Source: a virus
Taxonomy: Duplodnaviria; Caudoviricetes
DNA: 55,140 nucleotides
Reading direction: 5' to 3' (one strand)
Virus record (IMG/VR): IMGVR_UViG_3300009488_000001
Coordinates: 1-55,140 of that record
Shown: positions 9,756-19,005 of the stretch, one piece after another
Numbering within the stretch: position 1 is the stretch's first letter
Layout of the letters: the number at the start of each line of letters is the position of its first letter
Program-made: the position numbers and the translations under genes
The notes under the pieces: model-generated
Database searches by the model: none
The model's input: only the letters and a program-made list of their open reading frames with translations
Told to the model about the DNA's origin: nothing

Positions 9756-10448
9756 ATGGAAAAAGGTTTTATAACAAATCAAACCTTATTTGGGAAGCCT
9801 GAAATAATAGGTTTTGGATCGTCAGATTTTTATGTACAAGAGGTAGGTCGCAATTTTGCGAATGAAACTATTGTAAAGAATCATTATAGTAATAAAGTGT
9901 ATAATGGCACGTATATACATTTGGGCATTTATATTAAATCTGAATTGTTAGGAATATTACAATATGGATATGCTATGAATCCGTCGAGTTGTGACAGTGT
10001 AGTAAAGGGGACGGAGCAGGATCAATATCTTGAATTAAATAGAATGTGGCTTGATGATAAGGCAGCGCGCAATAGTGAAAGTAAGGCAATAAGTTATTCA
10101 ATTAAATATATAAAGGGTAAATTGCCACGAATAAAATGGATACAGTCATTTGCAGATGAAAGGTGTGGTTTTTTTGGAATTGTTTACCAAGCCTGCAGTT
10201 TTAATTTTTATGGTGAACATGAATCTGTGTTTTGGGAGCTTGAGGGTGAAATTTTCCATAATTCAATAAAAACTAGCAGAAAGGCGGGTAAAAGAGGATA
10301 TGATTTATTAAACAATCCCATAAATAAAGATAAAATTAAAAGTGAGAAACTCCGCCAATTTAGATATATTAAATTTATTGATTCCCGATGGAAAAAGAAA
10401 TGTTTATTAAAAGAAAAACCATATTTAAAATATTATAATGGTGATTAA
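9756..10448 (+). CDS. mom: Mom-family adenine modification protein (GNAT-like fold)
   Basis: IVKNHYS, LELNRMW, RNSES.AIS, SFADERCG..GIVYQAC.F motifs like Mu Mom homologues. Confidence 0.8.
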   Translation: MEKGFITNQTLFGKPEIIGFGSSDFYVQEVGRNFANETIVKNHYSNKVYNGTYIHLGIYIKSELLGILQYGYAMNPSSCDSVVKGTEQDQYLELNRMWLDDKAARNSESKAISYSIKYIKGKLPRIKWIQSFADERCGFFGIVYQACSFNFYGEHESVFWELEGEIFHNSIKTSRKAGKRGYDLLNNPINKDKIKSEKLRQFRYIKFIDSRWKKKCLLKEKPYLKYYNGD

Positions 10449-10487
10449 TGCATAACTCAAACCACGGTCTACCATTAAAAACATAAG

Positions 10488-11087
10488 ATGAAAAACAGAA
10501 ATATAAAACATTCAGATCATTGGCTAACTCCCAGGATATTTTTCGACAAGTTAAATGAAAAATACAATTTCAATCTCGATCCATGTCCTGCTTATCATGA
10601 TATTAGAGAATGGGACGGATTAAAAATTGACTGGGATAGCCGTAATTTTATCAATCCTCCATATTCACAGAAATCAAAAGAGGCATTTGTAATTAAAGCC
10701 ATACACGAAAGTAAAAAAGGTAAATTATGTGTGATGCTTTTACCTGTAAGCACTTCGACTAAATTGTTTCATGAAATCATCCTGCCAGAGAAGCCAAAAG
10801 TAAAATTCATAAAAGGCAGATTGCCATTTATCGGACAAAATGAAAAGGGGCAAATTGTTAATAGCGAAAAGCCAACACAGGAATTAATAGAATGGACGGA
10901 TGAAGAGGGAGAAATTACGCTGATTTCCAAACATGTTAAGAACTCGGGACAACACGATTCTATGCTAGTTGTGTTCGATGGTCGCAGCGCCTCAGATAAG
11001 GCAAAATTTCTTATAGATAGATTTATAAAAAGAGATGTAAGGGGCTGGATTGTGGCTATTCAAAATAAGCAGGGTAAATTATTTTAA
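10488..11087 (+). CDS. Phage DNA N6-adenine methyltransferase (Dam family)
   Basis: W.TP, FNLDPC, DGL..DW, catalytic NPPY, VMLLP, GRL.F. Confidence 0.88.
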   Translation: MKNRNIKHSDHWLTPRIFFDKLNEKYNFNLDPCPAYHDIREWDGLKIDWDSRNFINPPYSQKSKEAFVIKAIHESKKGKLCVMLLPVSTSTKLFHEIILPEKPKVKFIKGRLPFIGQNEKGQIVNSEKPTQELIEWTDEEGEITLISKHVKNSGQHDSMLVVFDGRSASDKAKFLIDRFIKRDVRGWIVAIQNKQGKLF

Positions 11088-11266
11088 GATGAAAAGCAAA
11101 CTACATAACGATATCGAGCGGTGCAGATTCAATATTGCATTAAGCAAAAGAGAAGAAAGACAAGCAGACATGTTTATGGTCAGATTGTGGAATAATCCTG
11201 AAGATATGAAAATAGTCTTTTGGGTTAATATGATGGTTTGTAATCGGGGGAATTAAATTTATAGCT

Positions 11267-11866
11267 ATGAAAATATTAGTCGGATTCGAAGAAAGCCAAG
11301 CGATAACAATTGAGTTAAGAAAATTAGGTCACGAGGCTTTTAGTTGCGATTTAAAAGAATGCTCCGGAGGGTATCCGGAGTGGCATTTTAAAGACGATAT
11401 TTATAATGTGATTGGTATGGGTTGGGATATTATAATAATGCATCCACCTTGTACTGCGATAGCCGTTTCAGGTAATGGCACATATGCTAAAGGTAAAGCA
11501 AAACACCATTTAAGGCTAGCCGCTATTAAATGGACTCAAAAATTATGGCATGACTGCACAGAAGTGTGTAGTAAAGTTTGTCTTGAAAATCCACAAGGAG
11601 TACTTGCGACAAATACAGATTTGCCAAAACCTCAGTATATACAACCGTGGCAATTTGGGCATACAGAAACTAAAAAAACAGCTTTATTTTTATATGGGCT
11701 ACCGCCACTTAAAGAGACTAACAATGTGAAAATAGAAATGGATAAATTACCTGATAAAGATAAGCATAAAATATGGTATGCTTCTCCAGGGAATGACAGA
11801 TCAGAGTTAAGGTCAAAAACCTATATTGGAATTGCAAAAGCAATAGCAGAACAATGGACTAAATAA
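11267..11866 (+). CDS. Short C5-cytosine methyltransferase-like protein
   Basis: LVGFEESQ, HPPCT catalytic motif, ENP, IQPWQFGH..TKKT, RSKTY.GIA.A.A.QW. Confidence 0.82.
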   Translation: MKILVGFEESQAITIELRKLGHEAFSCDLKECSGGYPEWHFKDDIYNVIGMGWDIIIMHPPCTAIAVSGNGTYAKGKAKHHLRLAAIKWTQKLWHDCTEVCSKVCLENPQGVLATNTDLPKPQYIQPWQFGHTETKKTALFLYGLPPLKETNNVKIEMDKLPDKDKHKIWYASPGNDRSELRSKTYIGIAKAIAEQWTK

Positions 11867-11883
11867 TATTGTAATGTGTAATT

Positions 11884-11924
11884 AAAAGCGGTTAATATGC
11901 GTATAGTGTATTAACTGCTTTTTT
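11884..11924. terminator. Bidirectional terminator between convergent arms
   Basis: AAAAGCGGTTAATATGC...GTATTAACTGCTTTTTT between convergent genes. Confidence 0.75.
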
Positions 11925-11927
11925 ATT

Positions 11928-12197
11928 TTACAACCATTGTATTTTATTGTTAGTTATATAATAATGCGCGTGGTATGGTCTTTCGCCTACCCAATTGCCA
12001 ATCGAGGGTCTTAATGTTATTTTGCCATTCTGTTCCGTCATTTTCCATTCATCGAGAGGTGTTACAGTCTTGCCGCCACAGCCACATGCACATAAATGAA
12101 TAGCAATCTTATACTCCTTTGAAATATATAGGATTCCCTGCTTTAGCTCTTCCGGGATGTGCTGATGGTGTTCTATACTTAATTTGTGTGTTTTCAT
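11928..12197 (-). CDS. DUF6527-like metal-binding protein
   Basis: G.LYIS.EY..AIHLCACGCG.K.VTPL...TLRPSIGNW....AHYYI..N.I.W. Confidence 0.75.
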   Translation of the reverse strand: MKTHKLSIEHHQHIPEELKQGILYISKEYKIAIHLCACGCGGKTVTPLDEWKMTEQNGKITLRPSIGNWVGERPYHAHYYITNNKIQWL

Positions 12198-12211
12198 GTC
12201 TTAGTTATTAT

Positions 12212-12451
12212 TTAAAATAAGTAATCATAAGCATCTGGCCTGTCTCTTTTAATATCTTCAGGTGAAATTATTTCAAACTTTCCATCCTTATCTTTTTGTT
12301 TTCGGTCATATTTATATGGACTGCACCCTTTGCAACTACACGGCTTTCCCTGTGCTTTATAACAATAATGTTCCTCTTTCTTTAATCCCATAGCCTTGCA
12401 TCTCTTTTTGTGCTTTAGGTTTGTTATTTTTTGTCTCCTGGCTTTGTTCAT
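12212..12451 (-). CDS. Hypothetical basic, Cys-rich protein
   Basis: 79-aa ORF with GKPCSCKGCSP. Confidence 0.6.
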   Translation of the reverse strand: MNKARRQKITNLKHKKRCKAMGLKKEEHYCYKAQGKPCSCKGCSPYKYDRKQKDKDGKFEIISPEDIKRDRPDAYDYLF

Positions 12452-12957
12452 ATCTTAATTGGTTCAATTAAATATACCTTGACAATACCATTATATTTTA
12501 ATAACGATGTTAAAGGATATTGGATTATATCTTCATATCCTTTATTGGGATCGTGAACTATATTATAATCTTTATCTATTACTACTGCATGTTGTTTTAA
12601 GAATCCATCACTCAAATTAAAATAATTGGGACTAAGAACTGATGCAAAAAATAATCCATTCACGCCCTTCTTTTTATATAACTTTCTTGGTGTCATGATA
12701 GCTGGGAAATGCCACCCTTCTTTTTTTCTACATTCTGCAATCGGACACGATAGCCTTGTGTAATTTTTATTGTGTAGCAATCCTCGATATTTATATCCAT
12801 TTTCAAATAAAAAATCAAATAATATTTTCCACCATTTATCTCCATATTCTAAAAAATGAGGAACGGCATGTAATTTTAGATTAAACATTGTTGCGATAGA
12901 TGCTCTCATAGAATCGCCATTATCTTTATCTATTATTTCCTGATAAACTTTGTTCAT
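12448..12957 (-). CDS. Papain-like fold phage protein, Cys apparently replaced by Ser
   Basis: GDSMRASIA...VPHF...HAVV...HDP. Confidence 0.45.
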   Translation of the reverse strand: MNKVYQEIIDKDNGDSMRASIATMFNLKLHAVPHFLEYGDKWWKILFDFLFENGYKYRGLLHNKNYTRLSCPIAECRKKEGWHFPAIMTPRKLYKKKGVNGLFFASVLSPNYFNLSDGFLKQHAVVIDKDYNIVHDPNKGYEDIIQYPLTSLLKYNGIVKVYLIEPIKI

Positions 12958-13066
12958 ATCTTATATTATTATTTATCCAAAGTTAATGAATTTATCTCTA
13001 CTGCATGACAATTGTATCTCCCATTATTTAATGAAAGTTAACACAGGTTTTAAATGAATGTTAGGA

Positions 13067-13416
13067 ATTAACCTAAAAACATCTATTCCATTTCTGCATT
13101 TTACCCAACATATACGACCAAAGGCATCTCCAACCAATCATTTGTAGCCTATAAATATGGGATCGTCCGTTGTCATGTCGGGACAGAGCGGACACTAAAA
13201 TTCGGCTTATGATAGTCGTGTGGGTTCCTATCTTTTTAAATTGTCTGGATACAATTAAGGCTTGACTTCGAACATAACCCATTAAACAAGAAAAACCCGA
13301 CCTATATAGAACTGCCCCACAAAGATTGGCAAAGGTCGGATTCGTTATGTAATAATAGAAATGTTCAATAATCATCTTTATGGCTCTTTAAGGTGCGTTC
13401 TACTTCACCTGCATTA
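13067..13416 (-). ncRNA. Candidate structured non-coding or leader RNA
   Basis: Follows a TATCTTTG promoter (13428-13421); several hairpins; no convincing ORF. Confidence 0.4.
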
Positions 13417-13466
13417 ACCACAAAGATAGTCAATGATTAGTTTAAATGCAAATTACATATACATAC

Positions 13467-13715
13467 TTAAAAGTCCTCCATTAAAATAGGAAACCCTTTG
13501 TCATATACTTTTTCCAGATTTTCGATAGGCGCAGAGGCTTCGCTTTCTGGGAAACAAATATTTTCCCCCAATTCAGGATCGGCATAATGATTTTCTGAAA
13601 GCGTCTCGGCTTCAATTTTATTAATAGCCTCATCTTCTCTCCACATAATTACTTTGTTTTCTAATTGCTGTTCGCTCAATGAGTTGCAAAACTTTTTTAA
13701 ATCACTCCAGTTCAT
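13467..13715 (-). CDS. Hypothetical protein
   Basis: MNWSDLKKFCNSL... inside track ORF 13467-13784; likely internal start. Confidence 0.55.
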   Translation of the reverse strand: MNWSDLKKFCNSLSEQQLENKVIMWREDEAINKIEAETLSENHYADPELGENICFPESEASAPIENLEKVYDKGFPILMEDF

Positions 13716-13725
13716 AATTTTTATT

Positions 13726-13911
13726 TTAAGATTCAACAATTTCAATATCTTCAACATCGAACACCATAAAATCGGCATCGCCAATAATAACTAATCCTGG
13801 CTTTTCGCAACCTTCAGGATGTTTAATTTCTACGGCTGCGCCATATTTACCTTTATGGGGATGATCCCCGATTACTTTTACTTTCTTTCCTATGAAGTCT
13901 TTTAGTTGCAT
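13726..13911 (-). CDS. Small SH3/KOW-like protein
   Basis: IGKKVKVIGDHPHKGKYG beta-barrel pattern. Confidence 0.5.
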   Translation of the reverse strand: MQLKDFIGKKVKVIGDHPHKGKYGAAVEIKHPEGCEKPGLVIIGDADFMVFDVEDIEIVES

Positions 13912-13939
13912 GATTTTAATTTTTATTATTGATTAATAT

Positions 13940-14332
13940 CTATATATCTAAATTTTGCATTGACAATTCGCCTTTGGTTGCTATCGCTAAATCCAAGAAT
14001 GTTTTTATACTTGTCTCTTTGTTAGATTGCTTATTGTACAGATATATACCACTTTCAGTAAACCCAATATTATAATTATTTGATAAATTATATGAGCTTG
14101 GATATTTATCTTTCTTTACGTTCTCAAATATTACTTTCTTTTCTGCTTCCTCGATAGCTTTATATTTATTCCAAACCATATACTTTAATACTTGCTGATT
14201 CAGAAAATTATTGCATCTGATAATGGCATTAAAACATAGTCCTTTAAATATTATTCTCTCAGTACTTTCATTGACTTTAGGTATTAAGCTTTCAACAAAT
14301 TGACTTAATGTTTGTAATTTTTCTATTTTCAT
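13940..14332 (-). CDS. Hypothetical protein
   Basis: 130-aa ORF in the minus-strand operon. Confidence 0.6.
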   Translation of the reverse strand: MKIEKLQTLSQFVESLIPKVNESTERIIFKGLCFNAIIRCNNFLNQQVLKYMVWNKYKAIEEAEKKVIFENVKKDKYPSSYNLSNNYNIGFTESGIYLYNKQSNKETSIKTFLDLAIATKGELSMQNLDI

Positions 14333-15248
14333 GGCTAATTATTTTTATCATTTGCCGACCCAATAATGAATAACATCAGTATTGAACATGCTAATGATAA
14401 CTGACTTATCAAAGCTATAATTGCAACATAATTGAATATCGAGATAATTAAACATATTATACCGGTACTAATAAATATTAAAAATAATATTGCCGCTATT
14501 ATGAATATTGTATTTTTCATTTTAATAGTTTTATAAAGTTTAATCATGCCTTGCCATTTTAAGTAGAGCAGCGCATCCAAATCCTGCAACAAAAGCGTTG
14601 CAATAATTTATAATAGAATTTTCAATAATTATATACCCAACTATATTCACTACTATCAATACAATTAATATAATTATTCTAATTTCCTTTTTCATAACTC
14701 AATTTTTATTAATTAATCAATAGACTCATCTAAAGTCAGCATATAAATAAAGTAGTGTTCCAATTATGGCAGCAGATAAGCATCCTATTGCAGAACATTT
14801 ATTTACAATGAAGCTCTGTTTTTCCCCACTTACCCAATAGATCGTATTCATTGCACCAATAAAATAATTAAGTATAATTAAAAATATAACCATGTCTTTA
14901 ATTTTTATCAATTAATATTAGATTATTAAGCCCATATACAAGAGCTTTCTTTTTCTTGGACACAACTACTATAATCATCTTTTCAGGTGAATTATAGTTG
15001 CCTATGCTTGTTATAATCCCGGATTTGTTTGTGTTTGGGATTAGTGCTTTTTGGTTTAGTAGGTTTTTCATGTTATTAATTTATGTTGTTGCTTTTTTGA
15101 TTAATCTTATTGCGTTTGTAATCGCTTCTTTTATCTGGAATTCAACATATTGCTTTTGTATGTCTGATAGTGGCGTTCTTTTATTTATCCACCCAACTCT
15201 TCGCCCTGCATCTTCTGTTATGCTAAAATCTTTAATTTTTTTCATAAT

Positions 15249-15428
15249 CTATATTTCTATGGGTTCATCGTCCCAGGTTAATGTTTTACCTGTTAGTTTT
15301 TTGATTGATCTGGAAAGTAGCGCTAAACATCTACCTTCATTTTCTATACTCCACCAGAAATCTTCTCTTTCTGGACATGTAGTTGATATAATTTCTTTTC
15401 CGTCTTTATCTACTGCTAGCCATGCCAT
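15249..15428 (-). CDS. Small hypothetical phage protein (MAWLAVDKDG...LTWDDEPIEI)
   Basis: Hand-translated 59-aa ORF below the track cutoff, co-oriented with neighbours. Confidence 0.6.
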   Translation of the reverse strand: MAWLAVDKDGKEIISTTCPEREDFWWSIENEGRCLALLSRSIKKLTGKTLTWDDEPIEI

Positions 15429-15617
15429 AATTAATAAGGTATTGGTTTGTAATATTCATCTTCACTTAATGTATCCACGCACGTATTACATGCATTTAGA
15501 TTGTTTTCGACCTGATATCGGCATAAACTACATACATCTATTACATCGGCGCTATTTCTGATTATTTCTCCATACTTATTCTTTGCCATAACTTCATTAT
15601 TTTAATTAAACATACCC

Positions 15618-15691
15618 CAAAGTTCAGAATAATCTTTTTACGGAACTATGATAAAAGTCATGTTTTGGTAGTTTTTATTGTTGTAGGTTTG
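15618..15691. promoter_or_regulatory. Divergent promoter pair sharing one FNR/CRP-like box
   Basis: TGATAAAAGTCA (15649-15660); TAGGTTTG (+, 15684-15691) and GAACTTTG (-, 15625-15618), each 23 bp from the box. Confidence 0.72.
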
Positions 15692-15718
15692 AAGTATAAA
15701 TGAATTAAATTATATATT

Positions 15719-16063
15719 ATGAAAAAGATTTTAGGAATTATTGTAATGGTGCTTTTATGTAACACTATTGCACAATCGCTATTTTTTGGAGGGATACCAT
15801 ACACATGGACTCTCGGCGGTAATGCCATACGTGATGGTAAAGAACAGTACTATCAAGTAAATGACTCTATTAAGATAGCTATTATCAAAGAGACAGTAGG
15901 GGGAGCTAATTACGATAGATATGTTATATTTGAATGTCAAAATGGCGAATATAAACAGACAAGCGCAGACTCTTTTGTATCCATGTTTAGCAATAAATTA
16001 GGGATGTTAATGTATATGCGAAAGGAGTATAATCGATACAGATACAATAAACCAGTTTTTTGA
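15719..16063 (+). CDS. Secreted protein (moron-like)
   Basis: Signal peptide MKKILGIIVMVLLCNTIA|Q; own promoter; opposite strand to neighbours. Confidence 0.7.
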   Translation: MKKILGIIVMVLLCNTIAQSLFFGGIPYTWTLGGNAIRDGKEQYYQVNDSIKIAIIKETVGGANYDRYVIFECQNGEYKQTSADSFVSMFSNKLGMLMYMRKEYNRYRYNKPVF

Positions 16064-16086
16064 GAGGAGGTGTTTATTTATAAGCA

Positions 16087-16129
16087 TGGCAAAAGTCATT
16101 GTTTTCAATCAAAATTAGAATTAACTTAG
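16087..16129 (+). promoter_or_regulatory. FNR/CRP-like box plus -7 variant
   Basis: TGGCAAAAGTCA (16087-16098), 23 bp, TAACTTAG (16122-16129). Confidence 0.5.
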
Positions 16130-16236
16130 TACTTTAAAATTAGGATAATCTACAAAATCACAACGGAGTTAAGAGACTCAGCAAAAGAAGGGAGTTATTA
16201 TGAAATAGCTATTAAGTAAAATGTAAAAACTTTTCG

Positions 16237-16269
16237 AAAAAAGCCCGGTCTAACACTGCCGGGCTTTTC
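16237..16269. terminator. Bidirectional terminator
   Basis: AAAAAAGCCCGG...CCGGGCTTTT. Confidence 0.8.
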
Positions 16270-16506
16270 TATTTATATATTATTAAATTGGAGTTACAAA
16301 TACTATCCCTCGATCCTTTACCCCTTGTTCAAATTCTTCTTTTGATATTTCGCCCCTTATTCCTTTGTGTATGAATACTTGATTATCCGCTATCCTTTTA
16401 CATGTCTTTGCGTCTAACATTGCGTATCAAATTTATTAATTTTTTTGTGACCCACTCAATCAGCATAATTACTAATAATATAGGTATGATTACAATTTGC
16501 ATATTT

Positions 16507-16842
16507 TTATTTCACAACTTTATTATGTGATTTAATAGCCCGTTTGTTTTGTTTAATATGGCGATCTAGATCTTCTATAACCTTATCTATTGCAGTGTCT
16601 CTCACGGTATATCCGTCAACATAGGCGTTAAAATAACTGGATAAGAATATCTCTGATGTTATCAGGAACGTATCGCCTTCTAAATTATTTAAAATAGAGT
16701 CCAGTTTTAATCCAGCCTTTTTGAAAGATTCTGCATATCTATTTTTAGGCTTATATTTTGCATGTACAAAACAAGACCCAGCCCACATCAATAGGAAAGT
16801 AAATAATATTATCAATCCTCTATTTGCTATTGTATTTTTCAT
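16507..16842 (-). CDS. Membrane-anchored or secreted protein
   Basis: N-terminal hydrophobic segment; lies after the lysis genes. Confidence 0.55.
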   Translation of the reverse strand: MKNTIANRGLIILFTFLLMWAGSCFVHAKYKPKNRYAESFKKAGLKLDSILNNLEGDTFLITSEIFLSSYFNAYVDGYTVRDTAIDKVIEDLDRHIKQNKRAIKSHNKVVK

Positions 16843-16889
16843 AATATATAATCTACTGATTAGAATATCACTTACAGATGATTAAATTA

Positions 16890-17189
16890 CTACTTTTTCT
16901 TTAGCCATCCAAATAAGCTTTTACGCTTCTTTTCCGGTTGTATAGAATCATTATCCTGTATTGTTCCATCCCCGGTGAAATTTATTACATTATTTTTTTT
17001 CCCAGGATTGACAGTGTTGTTTATGCTGTTTTTTGGGACTTTAGCAATAGTCTCATACGCAACTATCAATTTGTCATATCTCTTGTTCATTGGGACTAAA
17101 ACAATGAAGTAAAATAGGAGTATATAAAATACGTCCTTTACCATTTCCTTACTGAATATCCAGTTTAATAAATCCTTTATGAGTTTCAT
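16890..17189 (-). CDS. Single-TM lysis-region protein (spanin-like candidate)
   Basis: One TM helix near the N-terminus; downstream of holin and endolysin. Confidence 0.4.
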   Translation of the reverse strand: MKLIKDLLNWIFSKEMVKDVFYILLFYFIVLVPMNKRYDKLIVAYETIAKVPKNSINNTVNPGKKNNVINFTGDGTIQDNDSIQPEKKRKSLFGWLKKK

Positions 17190-17365
17190 ATTATTGTAAC
17201 TTTATTAACTAATTGTGATTAAATGTTAACCGTTTTATTTTGTGTTTGTTGATCTCCAATACTTTATGCTTTTTATGTTTAACAAATGTTTACTTTTATA
17301 AAAACTTTGTTAATATAATTATCGCAATTGTTCCCGATAGTACTATAAATAGCCACCATTGAACG

Positions 17366-17581
17366 TCATGTTTTCTCATTACTCCCCAATTTACTTTCGG
17401 CAATGTTTTGTATCTGCTTTGGGGCAAATGCCGCAACTAACAATAAGAATGCTATTGTGTAATCTATCTGGTTTTGATAAATCATAAACCCAATTGCGGC
17501 AAATGCAAATAGCAGTGTTAAAAATGACTGCAACCTGATACTTGACTTATTCCCTTTGTTATCTTCAAAATATCCACTCAT
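17366..17581 (-). CDS. Holin
   Basis: 71 aa, two TM helices, G.KSS.RL motif, adjacent to the endolysin. Confidence 0.7.
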   Translation of the reverse strand: MSGYFEDNKGNKSSIRLQSFLTLLFAFAAIGFMIYQNQIDYTIAFLLLVAAFAPKQIQNIAESKLGSNEKT

Positions 17582-17592
17582 AATATCAAATT

Positions 17593-18048
17593 TTAAATTG
17601 CGTATTTATTATATTTTTGAATTGCTTTTTCTACTGTCCCGGCACCCAAGTAAGTATTGTAATGTTTTTTCCAGTACTCCGCCCATCCTTCAACATTTTG
17701 AGGTATTGCTCCGGGCTTTCTGAGATAATGAATGCGGGTGAGACAAATAGCAAATTTCGTATTATAGATAAGTGATTCGGTAGTAAAGTTTTCAATATTA
17801 CATGCTTTTGATAATCGGTCAACGTTTAATTGCATATCTCTTTTCAGATACCAATTCAAGTTATCCTCAAAAGTCAATGGCTCCATTTGAAATATTCCTA
17901 ATGCCGGGCCTTTGACTTGTTTTATATAATGTCCTAAATTTGATTCAACAGCGCATGTTAACATTATCAATTCGGTAGCTTCTTTTGAGTAGCACCCAAA
18001 CTCTTTTAATGTATCAGATATTAATTCTCTTAATTGATTTGCTTTCAT
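17593..18048 (-). CDS. Endolysin (lysozyme-like fold)
   Basis: T.AVES, GPALGIFQMEP.T, R.HYLR.PG.IP, YWKKHYNT..GAGT. Confidence 0.75.
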   Translation of the reverse strand: MKANQLRELISDTLKEFGCYSKEATELIMLTCAVESNLGHYIKQVKGPALGIFQMEPLTFEDNLNWYLKRDMQLNVDRLSKACNIENFTTESLIYNTKFAICLTRIHYLRKPGAIPQNVEGWAEYWKKHYNTYLGAGTVEKAIQKYNKYAI

Positions 18049-18440
18049 TACTTATGTAGTTCTGTGATTCTCTTAAGTATTTCCTTCTGATCCTCTCTCC
18101 ACTCTAATCTCATTGTCTCTACTTTTGCATCCTGCTTGGTATTTGTTTCTTTATTTTCAGCTTTCAATTCACGTAATGATTTATGTAATTCATCATCTTT
18201 ACTATCAACATAGGTTATATCTGCTTTGTTTTTAAGCTGATTTTCTGAAGATATCTTCTTACTAGCGTTAATATCAAGTCCTAACAATATCCATCCAATG
18301 AATAATGTTAATGTTGCTGTTAGTAGGCTGCCGATTACTCTGGACAAAATCGGCTTCCCCTGTATAAAACTATCGCTGACCATACAAGCATAATTAATTG
18401 TGAAATAATAATTGTATAATCCCAAAAAACTAGACCCCAT
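18048..18440 (-). CDS. TM plus coiled-coil lysis-region protein (start uncertain)
   Basis: One TM followed by a coiled coil; stop overlaps the endolysin start. Confidence 0.5.
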   Translation of the reverse strand: MGSSFLGLYNYYFTINYACMVSDSFIQGKPILSRVIGSLLTATLTLFIGWILLGLDINASKKISSENQLKNKADITYVDSKDDELHKSLRELKAENKETNTKQDAKVETMRLEWREDQKEILKRITELHK

Positions 18441-18724
18441 TTCATCCCGAAACTATAACAAATATCGTGAATGACTACTACTACATAATAGGAGATTGGA
18501 ACGTATATAAATATTTTAATGTATTTAACGGTAATTAATCTTTGGATTATGTACAATAACCCTATTCTAAACAATCCTTCTTTTAAAAAATATAATGCTT
18601 TCATTGCCTTATACAATTCATCAGGTAATGTCTTTTTATAAAACAATACCCAAAAAACCGTTACCAGGGACATTGCCCCGATAACGTAAATAAGAATCAT
18701 TAATGTTTTTCTATTCCTTAACAT
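18335..18724 (-). CDS. Four-TM membrane protein
   Basis: Four hydrophobic segments; start moved to ATG 18724. Confidence 0.6.
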   Translation of the reverse strand: MLRNRKTLMILIYVIGAMSLVTVFWVLFYKKTLPDELYKAMKALYFLKEGLFRIGLLYIIQRLITVKYIKIFIYVPISYYVVVVIHDICYSFGMKWGLVFWDYTIIISQLIMLVWSAIVLYRGSRFCPE

Positions 18725-18809
18725 CTTTTTCTTTCTCCTCTTTTTTTTCATCGTCACCAATGACTGTTACTTTTGGCCCGTCTTTTGGTGGATCTTCTGG
18801 ATGTGGCAT
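18711..18809 (-). CDS. 32-aa Pro-rich, charged micro-protein
   Basis: MPHPEDPPKDGPKVTVIGDDEKKEEKEKDVKE; behind a TATCTTTA element at 18853-18846. Confidence 0.45.
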   Translation of the reverse strand: MPHPEDPPKDGPKVTVIGDDEKKEEKEKDVKE

Positions 18810-19005
18810 AATCTAATAATTTAAAATTAATAATCACCTATCAACGTAAAGATAACTATTTTTTTGACACTTTCTTATCGTAAATAAAAGCCTTCCAAAC
18901 ACAAAAACCTATTAGCATAACAAATCCTGTTATTGTCTGAATCCAAAATAATGATTGTGCTTCCATAACTTTTTATCACAAGTTAAGATAATTTACATTA
19001 ATATG

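Noticed and set aside
13006-13017. TGACAATTGTAT as another FNR-like box
   Set aside because: The right half-site is broken and the spacing to the nearby -7 element is 20 bp rather than 23 bp.
13073-13375. 100-aa minus-strand ORF as a protein gene
   Set aside because: It runs through a terminator-like hairpin and has atypical composition; treated as a candidate RNA.
14998-15561. 187-aa plus-strand ORF
   Set aside because: Shadow of several short minus-strand genes such as 15249-15428; its composition is antisense-like.
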